This document shows, one piece after another, positions 19,323-30,188 of a stretch of DNA of 64,000 nt (position 1 is its first letter; each line of letters starts with the position of its first letter). The stretch spans positions 108,036-172,035 of the forward strand of contig JBGARZ010000020.1 in the NCBI GenBank assembly GCA_044229975.1. The letters run 5' to 3'. The notes below the pieces were generated by a model that saw only the letters and a list, made by a program, of their open reading frames with translations, did no database searches and had not been told where the DNA came from. The position numbers were made by a program, and so were the translations under genes. This stretch comes from Polyangiales bacterium. GTDB lineage: Bacteria > Myxococcota_A > Polyangia > Polyangiales > Ga0077539.

Positions 19323-19997
19323 TTACTCCGTTCGGTAGACGCCGAGCGCGGCCATGGAGCGGTCGTGCGCGCGGCCCAGCAGCGGCAGCGCGACGGCGGC
19401 GCCCACCAGCGCCAGGAACATGTCCCACTGCGCGTCCCACACATCGCCCTGCGAGCCGAGGAAGGCGGTGCCCGTGTCGCCCGCCACGACGAGCGTGGTC
19501 CACCACTCGACGAGCTCCCAGAAGGCCCCGATGGCGAGCACCACCGACAGCACGAGGAAGGTGAGCCAGCCGCCGCGCTGGAGCGGCGTCTTGCGCAGCA
19601 GCACCTCGCGGATGGTCAGCGCCGGGAAGAACCCGAGCGCGAAGTGACCGATACGGTCGTAGTGGTTGCGGTGGAGGTGAAACGCTTCCTTGGCCCAGTT
19701 GCCGAGCGGCGTGAGGGCGTACGTGTAGATGCCGCCGTAGATGAGGATGAGCACGTGGACGAAGATGCCGACGGCCACGAGGCGCGAGATGGGGAAGCGC
19801 CTCCAGCCGGCCGCGAGCACGGCGATGTACGCGAGGCCGGGGACGACTTCGAGGCACCAGCTGGTGCGACCGGCGGGCGGGTTCCAGACGGTGGCGATGC
19901 AGATGAGGGTGAGCGCGGCGATGAGCGCGAGGTGCGTGCGACCGAGCGCGGCGGTGCCCTGGACGGGCTGCGGGTGGGTCCAGTCGACGGCGTTCAT
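19323..19997 (-). CDS. DUF2238 (YjdF-like) inner membrane protein
   Basis: GGIYTYA..P, RNHYDRIGHF, FLGSQGDVWDAQWDM. Confidence 0.85.
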   Translation of the reverse strand: MNAVDWTHPQPVQGTAALGRTHLALIAALTLICIATVWNPPAGRTSWCLEVVPGLAYIAVLAAGWRRFPISRLVAVGIFVHVLILIYGGIYTYALTPLGNWAKEAFHLHRNHYDRIGHFALGFFPALTIREVLLRKTPLQRGGWLTFLVLSVVLAIGAFWELVEWWTTLVVAGDTGTAFLGSQGDVWDAQWDMFLALVGAAVALPLLGRAHDRSMAALGVYRTE

Positions 19998-20016
19998 CGG
20001 CCGCGACGAGAACACA

Positions 20017-20862
20017 TCACAGTGCGGTGCGCACGTCCCACAGCTCGGGGAAGAGCCTGGTCTGGAGCATCGACTGGAGGTAGCCGACCCCTTGGGTTCC
20101 GCCGGTGCCGCGCTTGAAGCCGATGATGCGCTCGACGGTAGTGACGTGGCGGAAGCGCCAGACACGGAAGCTGTCCTCCATGTCGACGAGCTTCTCCGCG
20201 AGCTCGTAGAGGTCCCAGTAGGACTTGGGGTCGCGGTAGACGGCCATCCACGCGCGCTCGACGGCCTCGCTCTTCGCGTAGGGGAGGCTCCAGTCGCGCG
20301 TGACGTGATCGGTCGGGAGATCGAAGCCGCGCCGCGCGAGCAGGCGGAGCGCCTCGTCGTAGAGGGACGGAGCGACGAGCTCGGCCTGCACGGCGGGCCC
20401 GCGCACGGGGTGGTGGGCGTGCGGGCGCACCATCACGGGGTTCTTGTTGCCGAGGATGAACTCGATCATCCGGTACTGGTGGCTCTGGAAGCCCGACGAC
20501 TTCCCGAGCTTGTCGCGGAAGGTCAGGTACTCCGACGGGGTGAGCGTCGCGAGCACGTCCCACGCGTGCACCTGGAGCCCGAAGATGCGCGACACCCGCG
20601 CGAGCATCTTGAAGGCCGGGGACAGCTCGTCGCGCGCGATGGAGGCCCGCGCGGCGCGCAGCTCATGGAGCATGAGCTTCATCCACAGCTCCGTCGTCTG
20701 GTGCTGGATCACGAAGAGCATCTCGTCGTGCTCGTCGGAGATCGGGTGCTGCGCGGAGAGCAGCTCGTCGAGCCGGAGGTACTCGCCGTAGGACATCTCG
20801 CCGGCGAGGTCGAGGTGCGCGCCCTCCGGGGCCCGCGGCGCTGGCTGCTTGGGGTCGGTCAC
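20017..20862 (-). CDS. kynA: Tryptophan 2,3-dioxygenase
   Basis: [51 protein letters not shown]. Confidence 0.96.
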   Translation of the reverse strand: MTDPKQPAPRAPEGAHLDLAGEMSYGEYLRLDELLSAQHPISDEHDEMLFVIQHQTTELWMKLMLHELRAARASIARDELSPAFKMLARVSRIFGLQVHAWDVLATLTPSEYLTFRDKLGKSSGFQSHQYRMIEFILGNKNPVMVRPHAHHPVRGPAVQAELVAPSLYDEALRLLARRGFDLPTDHVTRDWSLPYAKSEAVERAWMAVYRDPKSYWDLYELAEKLVDMEDSFRVWRFRHVTTVERIIGFKRGTGGTQGVGYLQSMLQTRLFPELWDVRTAL

Positions 20863-20872
20863 GGCGGCGATG

Positions 20873-22159
20873 CTACTTCACCGCGAGCAGCAGGTCGGCC
20901 GCCACCGCGAGGAAGAACACCACCCACAGCCCGATGGCGATGCGCCAGCGCGTGGTGTGCTTGCGCTTGAGCTCCTCCATCTCCTGCGAGCGCTTGTGGT
21001 CCTGCGAGCGCCACATCTGCTCCTGCTGGGCCATCATCCCGCGGGTCTGCTCCTGCTGGCCCCACGCCTCCTGCTGCATGCGCTCGACGTCCGCCGCGTG
21101 CGCCCGCCGCGCGTCGTCCACCGCCTGCTGCATCGCCTGCTGGCTCTGCGTCGCGCGCGACTGCGTGTCGGCGAGCGTGCGCTGCGTCTGTTCGAGCTGC
21201 GCCTGCGTGTCCTTGAGCTGCTGCGCGGTCTCCTTCGCGGTGCGCTCCAGCCGCTCGCGGTCGGCCTTCTCCCGTGCGGCCTTCTCCTGCTTGCTGCGGT
21301 CGGCCGCCTCGCGCTCGGCCTGCGCCTGCTGAAGCCTCGCCTCACGCTCCAGGCGCTCGCGCTCCTGGAGGTTCCACGCCTCCCAGGCGGCGCGCTCGGC
21401 GGCGTCTTTATCGGCCTGCTCCTTCTGCGACTGAACGAGCGCCCGCAGCGTCGACGGACCCTCCATCAGCAGCCACCACGGCTCGATGCGACCCTGCGCC
21501 GCGGCCGTGTCGGGCGCGAACCCGATGAGCGCTCGCACCGCCGGCACGCGCCCCACCAACGACATCGGAACCGCGAAGGCCTCGCGGTCGCCGCACTGCG
21601 GGCACTCGGTGGTCTGCCGCCCCTGGGTGAGCACCCGCACGATGACGGGTGTCCCGCAGCGCAGGCACGGCGGCGCGCCGGGGCCGACGCGCAGGCGCAG
21701 CGGCGATTGCAGCGGGACGCGCTCGTCGGGCAGGTTGGCGAAGGGCTGCGAGAGGCCCACGTCGGCGAAGGGGTTGAACGCACCGAGGTGGGCGTTTTGA
21801 TGGTGGAAGTCGGGGTGCGCGAGGTCGACGACGGCGTGCGCCATGTGGACGGCCTCGTCCCACCATGCGGGGTCGACGGCGGTGTGCTGCTGGCAGCTCG
21901 GGCACTGCGCGGAGGACTCCAGCGCGTCGGTGCGCGGAGGAAACTCGACGCCGCAGTGGGGGCACGGGAGCACGAGCTCCAAGCGGGCCCACGGACGCCC
22001 CGGGAGGAGGCACTGCACGTTGTGCCCGCGCACCCCCATGGGCTCGTTGCAGATGACGCAGCGGGCCTGTCCGTTGAGCGCCATGATGCCGCAGCGCACG
22101 CAGACGCGGAGCTCGTTGCCCGACGCCTGAGCGCCGCCCTGGACCGCTGATTGGACCAT
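20873..22159 (-). CDS. Multi-CxxC zinc-ribbon protein with coiled coil and C-terminal TM anchor
   Basis: Six CxxC motifs, Q/E/A-rich coiled coil, terminal hydrophobic helix; start uncertain. Confidence 0.6.
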   Translation of the reverse strand: MVQSAVQGGAQASGNELRVCVRCGIMALNGQARCVICNEPMGVRGHNVQCLLPGRPWARLELVLPCPHCGVEFPPRTDALESSAQCPSCQQHTAVDPAWWDEAVHMAHAVVDLAHPDFHHQNAHLGAFNPFADVGLSQPFANLPDERVPLQSPLRLRVGPGAPPCLRCGTPVIVRVLTQGRQTTECPQCGDREAFAVPMSLVGRVPAVRALIGFAPDTAAAQGRIEPWWLLMEGPSTLRALVQSQKEQADKDAAERAAWEAWNLQERERLEREARLQQAQAEREAADRSKQEKAAREKADRERLERTAKETAQQLKDTQAQLEQTQRTLADTQSRATQSQQAMQQAVDDARRAHAADVERMQQEAWGQQEQTRGMMAQQEQMWRSQDHKRSQEMEELKRKHTTRWRIAIGLWVVFFLAVAADLLLAVK

Positions 22160-22266
22160 CGACGGCGCGACGCTAGCCCCCCACGGGCGCGGACGGCAAC
22201 CTCCTGCACCTTCCGCGGCCGCGACCCGATATAGTCCGCCGCCCCGCTCCGCTCGCACGGCCCACG

Positions 22267-25200
22267 ATGAAGTACGGCGTCCGCCTCCACGACGATCCTC
22301 GCGACCTCGCCACGCTGCGCACGCTCGCGGACACCCTCCCCGCGCTCCGCAGCACCTCGTGGACCGAGCTGCGCCCCGGCGACCCCACCACGCGCGGAAC
22401 CGTCCTCCACGCGCCCCTCGACGTCCACCAGGCGCAGCAGCTCCGCGCCCGCGGCCTCGACGTCGTTCGCATCACCGAGGACGACGACGGCACCCTCGTC
22501 CTGCACCCCTACCGACCCGCGCGCATCGAGGCGCCCGCCCGCTGGAGCGCACCGCGCACCCGCGTCGCGCCCACGCTCTGGGAGGCCGTTCGGCCGCGCG
22601 CGATCGGGGGCGATCCGCCCGCCGACGAGGTCTGTTTCTGGGCGCCCCGCGAAGGTGACGGCGCCCACCGAACCGTCGAACGACTGCTCGCCCTGGGGCG
22701 CGACGACGTCACCGTCACCGAGCTCCGCGAGCCCGACGGCGACGCGCTGCTCTTCCAGCTCCCCAACGCCCCGCGCTACCTCCTCATGCGCGCCCACGAG
22801 GAGCCCGCCGAAGGAGTCCGCGCCTATGTCCGCGCGGGCGATGGCGACCTCTGGGTGGCGTTCGGATACGCGCACCCGCTCGCTACGCTGGCCGCTCGCG
22901 CGCTGCGCGAGCACCGCCGCCGGGTCTTCGTCGACGCCGACGGAACGTGGCGCTTCGTCGACCCCGACGCCCCCGCGCGCAGCATCTACGACGTGCTGGA
23001 GACCCGCTTCGAGGCGCGCGCCGCGGAGTGGTCGGCCTCACCCGGCGGGGAGCGCTTCCGCATCACGCTGCGCCTCGCCCCGGCGCCCACCGTCGACCCC
23101 GAGCTGTGGCTGCTCGACCCCGATCAGCTCCTCGCGATGGAGCCCCTCGTCGAGTCCATGACCGACGCCGAGCTCGCGCGCTTTACCATCTCGCGTAACC
23201 GCTCCCCTGGCGGCGCCCGCTACGTGCTCCAGGAGCTGGTTCGGCCCAACGCCTCGCGCCTCGGCGTGCGGGTCTCCGACCTCCTCGGCCTGGCGGGGTA
23301 CGCGCGCGCGCCGGGCGTCGACAACCTCTACCTGCCGGTGGGTCGTCGGCTCGCGCCCGCGATGCGCCGCGACGAGCTGCGCGCGCTGCTCCTGACCGAG
23401 TCCGCGCGGGCGGTGGTGGTCACCGAGGACGGCGACGGGCCGTGTCTCGTGTCGCTCACCAACCCCGAGGAGTCCACGCTGCGGAGCTGGGTGGAGTACG
23501 TCGCGACCGACCGCCGCGTGGAGCTCGACCGCTTCGTGGACGCCAGCGTGTTCGACTGGCCCGAGCTCGCCGTCGAGCGCGCGCCCGTCGCGGCCGAGAC
23601 CCGCCGCCGCGCCGAGGAGCCCGACGACCAGGAGGCCCAGCGTCCGCCCACGGCGCGTCGCCGCGCGGAGCCGAAGCAACCCGTGGCGGAAGCGCAGACG
23701 ACGTCCGGCGACGAGGCCGAGCGGCTCGCGGCGCTGCGGGAGGCGATGCGCCCCTTCGAGGCGACGCTCGCGGAGGGCGGCTGCGAAGACCCGGCGCCGT
23801 GGCGAAGCCTCGCCGCGCTGAAGCAGCAGGCGGGGGACACCGACGACGCGTGCGCCTGCCTGGAGGCTGCGCTCTTCCATGGCGTGATGGACGTCGACCT
23901 GTCGGCGCAGCTCGCGTCGCAGCGGGCGCGCATCAGCGGGCGCAGCGGAAGCGCCGAGGAGCTGCTCACGCTGGCGACGGCGCCAGTGCTGGCGCCCGGC
24001 GAGGCGGCGTACCTCGGGGCGCGGGTGTTGGAGCACCTCGCGCGCGGCGATGCGCTGGAGATGAAGCTGACCGAGGGGTTCTTCCAGGAGGTGGCGCGGT
24101 GCTTCGCGTCGCCGTCGACGCCGTCGTCGCGGCGGCTCGCGTGGACGGTGCTGCGCGCGGTGCACGGCCGGGCGGGCGACGCGCTGGAGCTCACCCGCGC
24201 GAAGGAGCGCGTGCTGGGCGGCATCAACGATCGCGGGCTGTCGGAGTCGGTCGACCTGCCGCGCTTCGTTCGATACGCGCTGGCGCTGACGGTGGAGGGC
24301 CCGGAGGGGCAGCAGGCGCGCTCGCGGGCTGAGCAGCTCCGCGCGATGGAGGACCTCTGGCGCGACGCTTCGGCCACGCTGAAGGAGCTCGATCCGCGCA
24401 GCGCGTACGTGCGGTCGGCGTTTGGGGTGGGGTTCATGCGGCTGGGGGCGGCGGCGATGGCGCGCGACGTGGTGGCGCCCGTCGAGGCCGAGCTGCCCGT
24501 GCACGAGGCGCCCAACCGGGTGCTGTTGCAGCTCTACCAGGCGCGCATGACCCACGAGGCGACGGGCGGCGACGCGCCGGCGTGGGCGCGCGAGGTGGAC
24601 ACTGCCCTCGGCGCCATCAAAGACCCCCGCGTGAAGGACCGCGTGGAGTTTCTCCGCAAGCGCAGCGAGTGGCTGCGCTCGAAGGATCCGACCAGCGCCG
24701 ACTCGCAGCTCCGCCCGGTGCTGGAGCGCGGCGTGGCCGAGGCCGAGACGTACACCGACGGCCCGCTCATCGCGGTGCGCCTCTCCGAGCTGCTCGACCA
24801 GCGGGTCGATCAGCGCGACCTCTTCGACTACGAGATCGCACGGGTGATCGAGCGCCTCCTGCGGGCCGCGCTGCGGGGTGGGAGCGACGAAGGGATCGCG
24901 GCGGTGCTGGCGGTGGCGATGCCGAAGGCGACGACGCGGGTGCGCGCGGCGGGCCGACGCGTGGCGGTGCTGGGCGAGTGCATCACGGTGGCGGCGGCGA
25001 TCGGGGACATGGACGCGGTCGACCGGCTGCTCGACGAGGTGGCCGCGCTCACCAACGCGGTGCAGTCGCCGCGCGAGCTGCTGGTGGCGCTTCAGCCGGC
25101 GCTCGCGGCGCTGCGGCGACTCGGGGCATCGGGGTCGGGGCGGAGGTTTCTGGAGGCGCTGGAGCCCGTGTCGGAGCGGAAGGTTCCGGGGAGCCTCGAA

Positions 25201-25608
25201 GTGCGCGCGTCGCTGGCGGAGGGGTACCTGTTGTTGAAGGACGAGTCGCGGGCGGCGGCGCTCATGGAGTCGACGGTGGACGACGCGCTGGGCGAGTCGC
25301 TGGCGCACGCCGAGCGCTACGACGCTGGGGCGGCGGCGCTGGTGGCGCTCAAGCACTGGCCGATGGAGATGCGGGCCCGGCAGGCGAACCTGATGTTGCA
25401 GCGGCTCGACCGCTTCACGGACGCGTTCACGGCGAGCGCGCAGAAGCTCTACGAGACCTTCAAGGTGTTGCTGTTGGAGCGGGTGATCGACGCGGTGGCC
25501 GACGACGTGACCTTCGAGAACGACAAGGTGCGCGGGTACCTGGACGAGGACGAGCAGGCGATCCGTCGCAGGATCATCGCGGACTGGAGGACGGCATGTG
25601 GACGTTGA
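22267..25608 (+). CDS. Large (1113 aa) hypothetical protein coupled to a MoxR ATPase
   Basis: Long GC3-rich ORF; alpha/beta N-half and helical C-half; overlaps the ATPase start. Confidence 0.75.
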   Translation: MKYGVRLHDDPRDLATLRTLADTLPALRSTSWTELRPGDPTTRGTVLHAPLDVHQAQQLRARGLDVVRITEDDDGTLVLHPYRPARIEAPARWSAPRTRVAPTLWEAVRPRAIGGDPPADEVCFWAPREGDGAHRTVERLLALGRDDVTVTELREPDGDALLFQLPNAPRYLLMRAHEEPAEGVRAYVRAGDGDLWVAFGYAHPLATLAARALREHRRRVFVDADGTWRFVDPDAPARSIYDVLETRFEARAAEWSASPGGERFRITLRLAPAPTVDPELWLLDPDQLLAMEPLVESMTDAELARFTISRNRSPGGARYVLQELVRPNASRLGVRVSDLLGLAGYARAPGVDNLYLPVGRRLAPAMRRDELRALLLTESARAVVVTEDGDGPCLVSLTNPEESTLRSWVEYVATDRRVELDRFVDASVFDWPELAVERAPVAAETRRRAEEPDDQEAQRPPTARRRAEPKQPVAEAQTTSGDEAERLAALREAMRPFEATLAEGGCEDPAPWRSLAALKQQAGDTDDACACLEAALFHGVMDVDLSAQLASQRARISGRSGSAEELLTLATAPVLAPGEAAYLGARVLEHLARGDALEMKLTEGFFQEVARCFASPSTPSSRRLAWTVLRAVHGRAGDALELTRAKERVLGGINDRGLSESVDLPRFVRYALALTVEGPEGQQARSRAEQLRAMEDLWRDASATLKELDPRSAYVRSAFGVGFMRLGAAAMARDVVAPVEAELPVHEAPNRVLLQLYQARMTHEATGGDAPAWAREVDTALGAIKDPRVKDRVEFLRKRSEWLRSKDPTSADSQLRPVLERGVAEAETYTDGPLIAVRLSELLDQRVDQRDLFDYEIARVIERLLRAALRGGSDEGIAAVLAVAMPKATTRVRAAGRRVAVLGECITVAAAIGDMDAVDRLLDEVAALTNAVQSPRELLVALQPALAALRRLGASGSGRRFLEALEPVSERKVPGSLEVRASLAEGYLLLKDESRAAALMESTVDDALGESLAHAERYDAGAAALVALKHWPMEMRARQANLMLQRLDRFTDAFTASAQKLYETFKVLLLERVIDAVADDVTFENDKVRGYLDEDEQAIRRRIIADWRTACGR

Positions 25609-26579
25609 GGGAGCTGGAGCCGGAGATCGACGCGATCCGCGAGCGCATCAACCGGCACCGGCGCGCGCTGGGCGAGTATTTCGTGAAGCGCACCGAGGAG
25701 ATCGACCTCGCGACGGTGTGCGCGTGCGCGCAGGAGCCGCTGCTCTTCGTGGGCCCGCCGGGCACGGCGAAGAGCGACCTGGTGGTGAAGTTCGTCGAGA
25801 GCCTCGGGCTCGGTGAGGCCGACTACTTCGAGTACATGCTCACGAAGTTCACGGAGCCGAGCGAGATCCTCGGTCCCATCGACATCGACCTGCTGAAGCA
25901 GGGGCGCTTCATGCGGCGCACCAAGGGGAAGCTCCCGGAGGCGAAGGTCGCGTTCCTCGACGAGATCTTCAAGAGCAACAGCGCGATCCTCAACACGCTG
26001 CTCACCATCGTCAACGAGCGGAAGTTCTACCAGGATGGTGAGGCGCTGCCGGTGGCGCTGCGGATGCTCTTCGCGGCGACCAACGACATCCCCGAGCAGA
26101 GCGAGCTCGACGCGCTGGCCGATCGCTTCATCGTGAAGGTGGAGACGAAGCCGGTGAAGGACGACGCGTTCACCGAGCTCATCGACGCGGGCGTGATGAA
26201 CGAGGTCTACAAGGCCACCGAGCAGAAGCCGTGGGCGAGGGGGAGCGCGAGCTTCGAGGACTTCTTGAAGTTCAAGCGCTTCATGGACCTCACCTTCGGC
26301 GAAGGCGGCAGCGGCAGCGCCGACCGCGAGCGGTGGTTTCCGCGGGAGACCTTCGCGGAGTTTCGGCGGGTGGTTCGCACGCTGGAGACGGAGGACAAGG
26401 TCTTCGTCAGCGACCGCAAGCTGGTGAAGCTGTACCGGGTGATCCGCACACGGGCGTTTCTCTTCCACGGCGGCGCGGTGCGGACGGACGACCTGTCGCT
26501 GCTGGGCTACTCGGGCAACCGTCGGCAGGAGCTCGGCGTCGTACAGGAGAAGGTGAAGGCGCTGCTGGGCCTGGGGTGA
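25596..26579 (+). CDS. MoxR/RavA family AAA+ ATPase
   Basis: GPPGTAKS, YFEYMLTKFTEPSEILGP, FLDEIFKSNSAILNTLL, ALADRF; RBS GGAGG before ATG 25596. Confidence 0.9.
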   Translation: MWTLRELEPEIDAIRERINRHRRALGEYFVKRTEEIDLATVCACAQEPLLFVGPPGTAKSDLVVKFVESLGLGEADYFEYMLTKFTEPSEILGPIDIDLLKQGRFMRRTKGKLPEAKVAFLDEIFKSNSAILNTLLTIVNERKFYQDGEALPVALRMLFAATNDIPEQSELDALADRFIVKVETKPVKDDAFTELIDAGVMNEVYKATEQKPWARGSASFEDFLKFKRFMDLTFGEGGSGSADRERWFPRETFAEFRRVVRTLETEDKVFVSDRKLVKLYRVIRTRAFLFHGGAVRTDDLSLLGYSGNRRQELGVVQEKVKALLGLG

Positions 26580-26652
26580 CGGCGCCCGGGTCGGCGAGAA
26601 GACCCACCGCCCGATCGGGCGTATAGGTGCAGTCCCAGCACAGGAGGACCCA

Positions 26653-27198
26653 ATGCCCGCTCGCTCCTACGCCCCGTGGATCGCAGGTGCCTCGCTCGTC
26701 GCCCTCTCGTTGGCGCTGGCGGGTGGTTGGGCGCTGTCGTCGCGCGCCATCGACCCGTCCGCGCTGCTCGGCTCCATCTCCGGCCTCAACGGATCACGCC
26801 CGACCGTCGCGGTCGGCGCGGTGGCCAATGGCGCGGGCGTCGGTGGCGACGCCGTCGTAGCCGCAGCGCGTGCGGGCCTCGACGATGGGCTCGCAGGCCG
26901 GACGACCGCCACCTCGCAGGCGCCCGCGGCGGCGCGGGGTGCGCGGGTGTTGCGAACGCGCGGCGGTCACGTCATCGACGCCAACGTGGTGCGTGTGGCG
27001 CGCGCTCCGGGGCGGGTGACGGTCGAGGCCTCGGTGGTGGTCTCGTCGATGCCGGCGCGGGCGTACGAGTTCTCGTCGTCGTCGACCATCACGCTGGCGG
27101 GCGACGTGGCCGACACCGACGATGGGCTCCGCGACGCCGTTCGTCGTGCGACGCGCTCCGCGGCCGCCCACGCTGTCGACCAGATGGGCGGGCGGTAG
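26653..27198 (+). CDS. Secreted/membrane hypothetical protein
   Basis: RBS AGGAGG, hydrophobic N-terminus. Confidence 0.6.
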   Translation: MPARSYAPWIAGASLVALSLALAGGWALSSRAIDPSALLGSISGLNGSRPTVAVGAVANGAGVGGDAVVAAARAGLDDGLAGRTTATSQAPAAARGARVLRTRGGHVIDANVVRVARAPGRVTVEASVVVSSMPARAYEFSSSSTITLAGDVADTDDGLRDAVRRATRSAAAHAVDQMGGR

Positions 27199-27205
27199 AC
27201 GCCTC

Positions 27206-28213
27206 TCAGACCTTCTCGCGGGTGACCTTCCCGAGCAGGCCCTGCGGTCGCACCAGCAGCACCACGACCAGGATCGAGAACACGATCGCGGGCGCGAACG
27301 AGCTCGACAGGTAGGCGCCCGCGAGCTGTTCAACCAACCCGATGAGCAGCCCGCCGAGCATGGCGCCCGGGATGTTGCCGATGCCGCCGAGCACGGCCGC
27401 GACGAAGGCCTTGAGCCCCAGCTGAACGCCCGTCAGCGGCGTGATGCTCGGCTCGTCGATGCCGAAGAGAACGCCGCCCGCGCCCGCGAGCGCCGAGCCC
27501 AGCCCGAAGGTGACGGCGATGATGCGGTTGGTGTTGACGCCCATGAGCCGCGCGGCGTCGATGTTGACGCTGAGCGCGCGCATCGCCCGGCCCACGCGCG
27601 TGCGCTGCACCAGCAGCGTGAGGCCGATCATCAGGACCACCGCGACGGCGAGGTTGATGAGCTTCACGTTGGCGACCGTCACGGGACCGAGCGCGACAGA
27701 GACCTTCCGCACCACCGGCGGAAAGCCCCGCGGCGTGGCCTTGAACACCAGGATCGCGACGTTCTGGAGGAGCATCGACACGCCGATGGCGGTGACGAGC
27801 GGCGTGAGCTTCGGCGCGTGGCGTACGGGGCGGTACGCGAGGCGCTCGATGACCATGCCGAGCGCCGCGCAGGCGACCATGGCGGCGACGAACACCGCGG
27901 CGGCGACGCCGGGCGAGGCGCCGTGGCTGGAGGTCGCCACGAGCCCGAAGAACGCCGCCGTGAAGATGCCGACGTACGCGCCGATCATGAACACGTCGCT
28001 GTGGGCGAAGTTGATGAGCCCCAGCACGCCATACACCATGGTGTAACCGAGGGCGATGAGCGCGTAGATGCCGCCGTGGGAGACGCCCTCCACGACGTTG
28101 GTGAGGAAGGCCGTCGGGCGCTCGACCGCGCCCTTGAGGATGAGAAGCGTCGGGTACGCCGCGACGGCCGCGACCCCCGCCTGGAGCGCGCGCTTCGAGG
28201 AGTCGGCGCTCAC
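27206..28213 (-). CDS. livH: Branched-chain amino acid ABC transporter permease (LivH-like)
   Basis: YALIALGYTMVYGVLGLINFAH, GRAMRA, KAFVAAVLGGIG. Confidence 0.9.
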   Translation of the reverse strand: MSADSSKRALQAGVAAVAAYPTLLILKGAVERPTAFLTNVVEGVSHGGIYALIALGYTMVYGVLGLINFAHSDVFMIGAYVGIFTAAFFGLVATSSHGASPGVAAAVFVAAMVACAALGMVIERLAYRPVRHAPKLTPLVTAIGVSMLLQNVAILVFKATPRGFPPVVRKVSVALGPVTVANVKLINLAVAVVLMIGLTLLVQRTRVGRAMRALSVNIDAARLMGVNTNRIIAVTFGLGSALAGAGGVLFGIDEPSITPLTGVQLGLKAFVAAVLGGIGNIPGAMLGGLLIGLVEQLAGAYLSSSFAPAIVFSILVVVLLVRPQGLLGKVTREKV

Positions 28214-29370
28214 GGGTTCACCGTGCTGCGGTAGTCGGCGGAGTTTTCGTGGACCTCGAGGATGACGGCGCTCTTCACGGCGTCGCGGTGATCGTTGAGG
28301 GAGATGAGCCCGGTGGCGCCGTCGAGGTTGCGGGTGCGCGCGAGCTCGGCGCGGATGCGCTCGGGCACGGCGGAGCCTGCGCGGGTGATGGCGGCGGTCA
28401 TGGCGAGCACCGAGTCGTAGGCGAGGGCCGCGAGGTCGTTGGGGGCGAAGCCGTAGCGCCGCTGGAAGTTGCGCGAGAAGTTGCGCGCGACGTCGCTGGT
28501 GGCGCCGTCGGGGGCGAAGCCGACGGAGTAGAAGTCGCCCACGAGCTGGTTGTCGTCGTTTTGCACGAGCGAGGGTGAGCTCCAGCCGTCGCCGCCCATG
28601 AAGCGCCCGCGGAAGCCCTGCGCCCGCGCCTCGCGCGCGATGAGGGCGGCCTCGGTGTAGTAGCCGGGCGAGAAGATGCCTTCGGGGTTTTGCGCGAGGA
28701 TGGTGCCGAGCTGCGCGGAGAAGTGGGTGTCGCCGGAGCGGTAGGACTGCTCGGTGGGGATGGTTCCGCCGATGCGGGTGAAGGCGGTGCGGAACGCGTC
28801 GGCGAGCCCCACGGCGTACGCGGAGCCCTGCTCCTTGAAGATGGCGACGCGGGTGAAGCCGAGGGTGTTGCGCGCGAAGCGGGCCATCACGTCGCCCTGG
28901 AAGGGGTCGATGAAGCACACCCGGAAGATGCAGTCGCCGAGCGAGGTGACGGCGGGGTTGGTGCTGGCCGACGACACCATCGGGATGCGGTAGCGCTGGC
29001 AGACGCGGCCGCCGGCGAGGGAGAGGGAGCTGGCGATCTCGCCGAGGATGCCGACGGCGCCTTCGAGGTGGATGAGTCGCAGCACCGCGGTGGCTGCTTC
29101 GGCGGAGTCACCGCGGGTGTCTTCGATGGCGATGTAGAGCTGCTTGCCGAGAACGCCCCCGCGGGCGTTGATCTCCTCGGTGGCGAGCATGACGCCGTTG
29201 CGCGCGGCGGCGCCGAAGTCGGCCATGGAGCCGGTGAGGGCGGCGTAGAGGCCGAGGGTGATGGCGTCGCGGTGCTTGCGGCAGCCGGTGCCGGTGAGCG
29301 CCGTGGTGGCGAGTGCGCCGGCGGAGCCGACGAGCAGGTTGCGTCGTGAGAGGGGTGCCCCGTTCGCCAT
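28210..29370 (-). CDS. Branched-chain amino acid ABC substrate-binding protein with Tat/lipoprotein signal
   Basis: SRRNLL Tat motif, INARGGVLG, FRVCFIDPFQG, GGDGW. Confidence 0.9.
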   Translation of the reverse strand: MANGAPLSRRNLLVGSAGALATTALTGTGCRKHRDAITLGLYAALTGSMADFGAAARNGVMLATEEINARGGVLGKQLYIAIEDTRGDSAEAATAVLRLIHLEGAVGILGEIASSLSLAGGRVCQRYRIPMVSSASTNPAVTSLGDCIFRVCFIDPFQGDVMARFARNTLGFTRVAIFKEQGSAYAVGLADAFRTAFTRIGGTIPTEQSYRSGDTHFSAQLGTILAQNPEGIFSPGYYTEAALIAREARAQGFRGRFMGGDGWSSPSLVQNDDNQLVGDFYSVGFAPDGATSDVARNFSRNFQRRYGFAPNDLAALAYDSVLAMTAAITRAGSAVPERIRAELARTRNLDGATGLISLNDHRDAVKSAVILEVHENSADYRSTVNP

Positions 29371-29399
29371 GGCGATGGCCACGGGTTGTATCAGGGAAC

Positions 29400-30179
29400 T
29401 CAGCGCGAGGGCAGCGCGCTGAAGTGGTACCCGAGGCCTTCGAGGCGGGTGAGGATCGCGTCGAGGTTGTTGGCGGTGACGCTCTGGATGTCGTGGAAGA
29501 GCAGCACGCCGCCGCCGGTGCGCGTGGTCTCGGAGACGACCCAGCCGACGAAGTCGCGGCGGTAGGCCGTGGGGACGCGGTCGCAGTAGGCGTCGGGGCC
29601 GTAGCACCAGTCGAGGGTGTCGACGTTCCAGCCGATGCCGCCGTCGGGGTAGCCGGCGGCGCGGACGGTGGCCTCCTTGGCGGTGGTTCCGTTGCCGTAG
29701 GGGTAGCGGAAGAGGCGCGGGTGGGGGGCGCCGAGCGCGCGGTCGAGGGCGTCGCGCTCGCGGGTCAGAAACCCACCAAACTGCGCGCTGGTGGCGACGA
29801 CGTGGCTCCACTGGTGGTTGGCGACGAGGTAGCCGTTGGCGCGCTCTTCGCGAAGGAGGGCTTCGTTGCCGGCGATGTTGGCGCCGGTGACGAAGAAGGT
29901 GGCGGGCGCCGAGTGCCGCGCGAGCACGGCCATGATGGGGCGCGTGTAGCGGGCGGAGGGGCCGTCGTCGAAGGTGAGGTAGACGTCGCGGCTGCGCGCG
30001 AGGTTGAGCGAAGCGGGGACGCGCACGCCGGGGCCGGCGGCGGCTTCGTCGATGCCAAACTGGCTGTCGCCCTCTTCGGCGTCGTCTTCGTGAACGACGT
30101 CCTCCTCGACATCGGCGGAGCAGCCGAGGCCGGTGACGAGGGCGAGCGCGAGGAGGCGGAGGGAGGTGTTGGGGCGCAT
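29400..30179 (-). CDS. Polysaccharide deacetylase (NodB-like) lipoprotein
   Basis: Lipobox GLGC; LTFDDGP, NHQWSH, FRYPYG, DTLDW, LFHD. Confidence 0.9.
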   Translation of the reverse strand: MRPNTSLRLLALALVTGLGCSADVEEDVVHEDDAEEGDSQFGIDEAAAGPGVRVPASLNLARSRDVYLTFDDGPSARYTRPIMAVLARHSAPATFFVTGANIAGNEALLREERANGYLVANHQWSHVVATSAQFGGFLTRERDALDRALGAPHPRLFRYPYGNGTTAKEATVRAAGYPDGGIGWNVDTLDWCYGPDAYCDRVPTAYRRDFVGWVVSETTRTGGGVLLFHDIQSVTANNLDAILTRLEGLGYHFSALPSR

Positions 30180-30188
30180 GGTGTGCCT

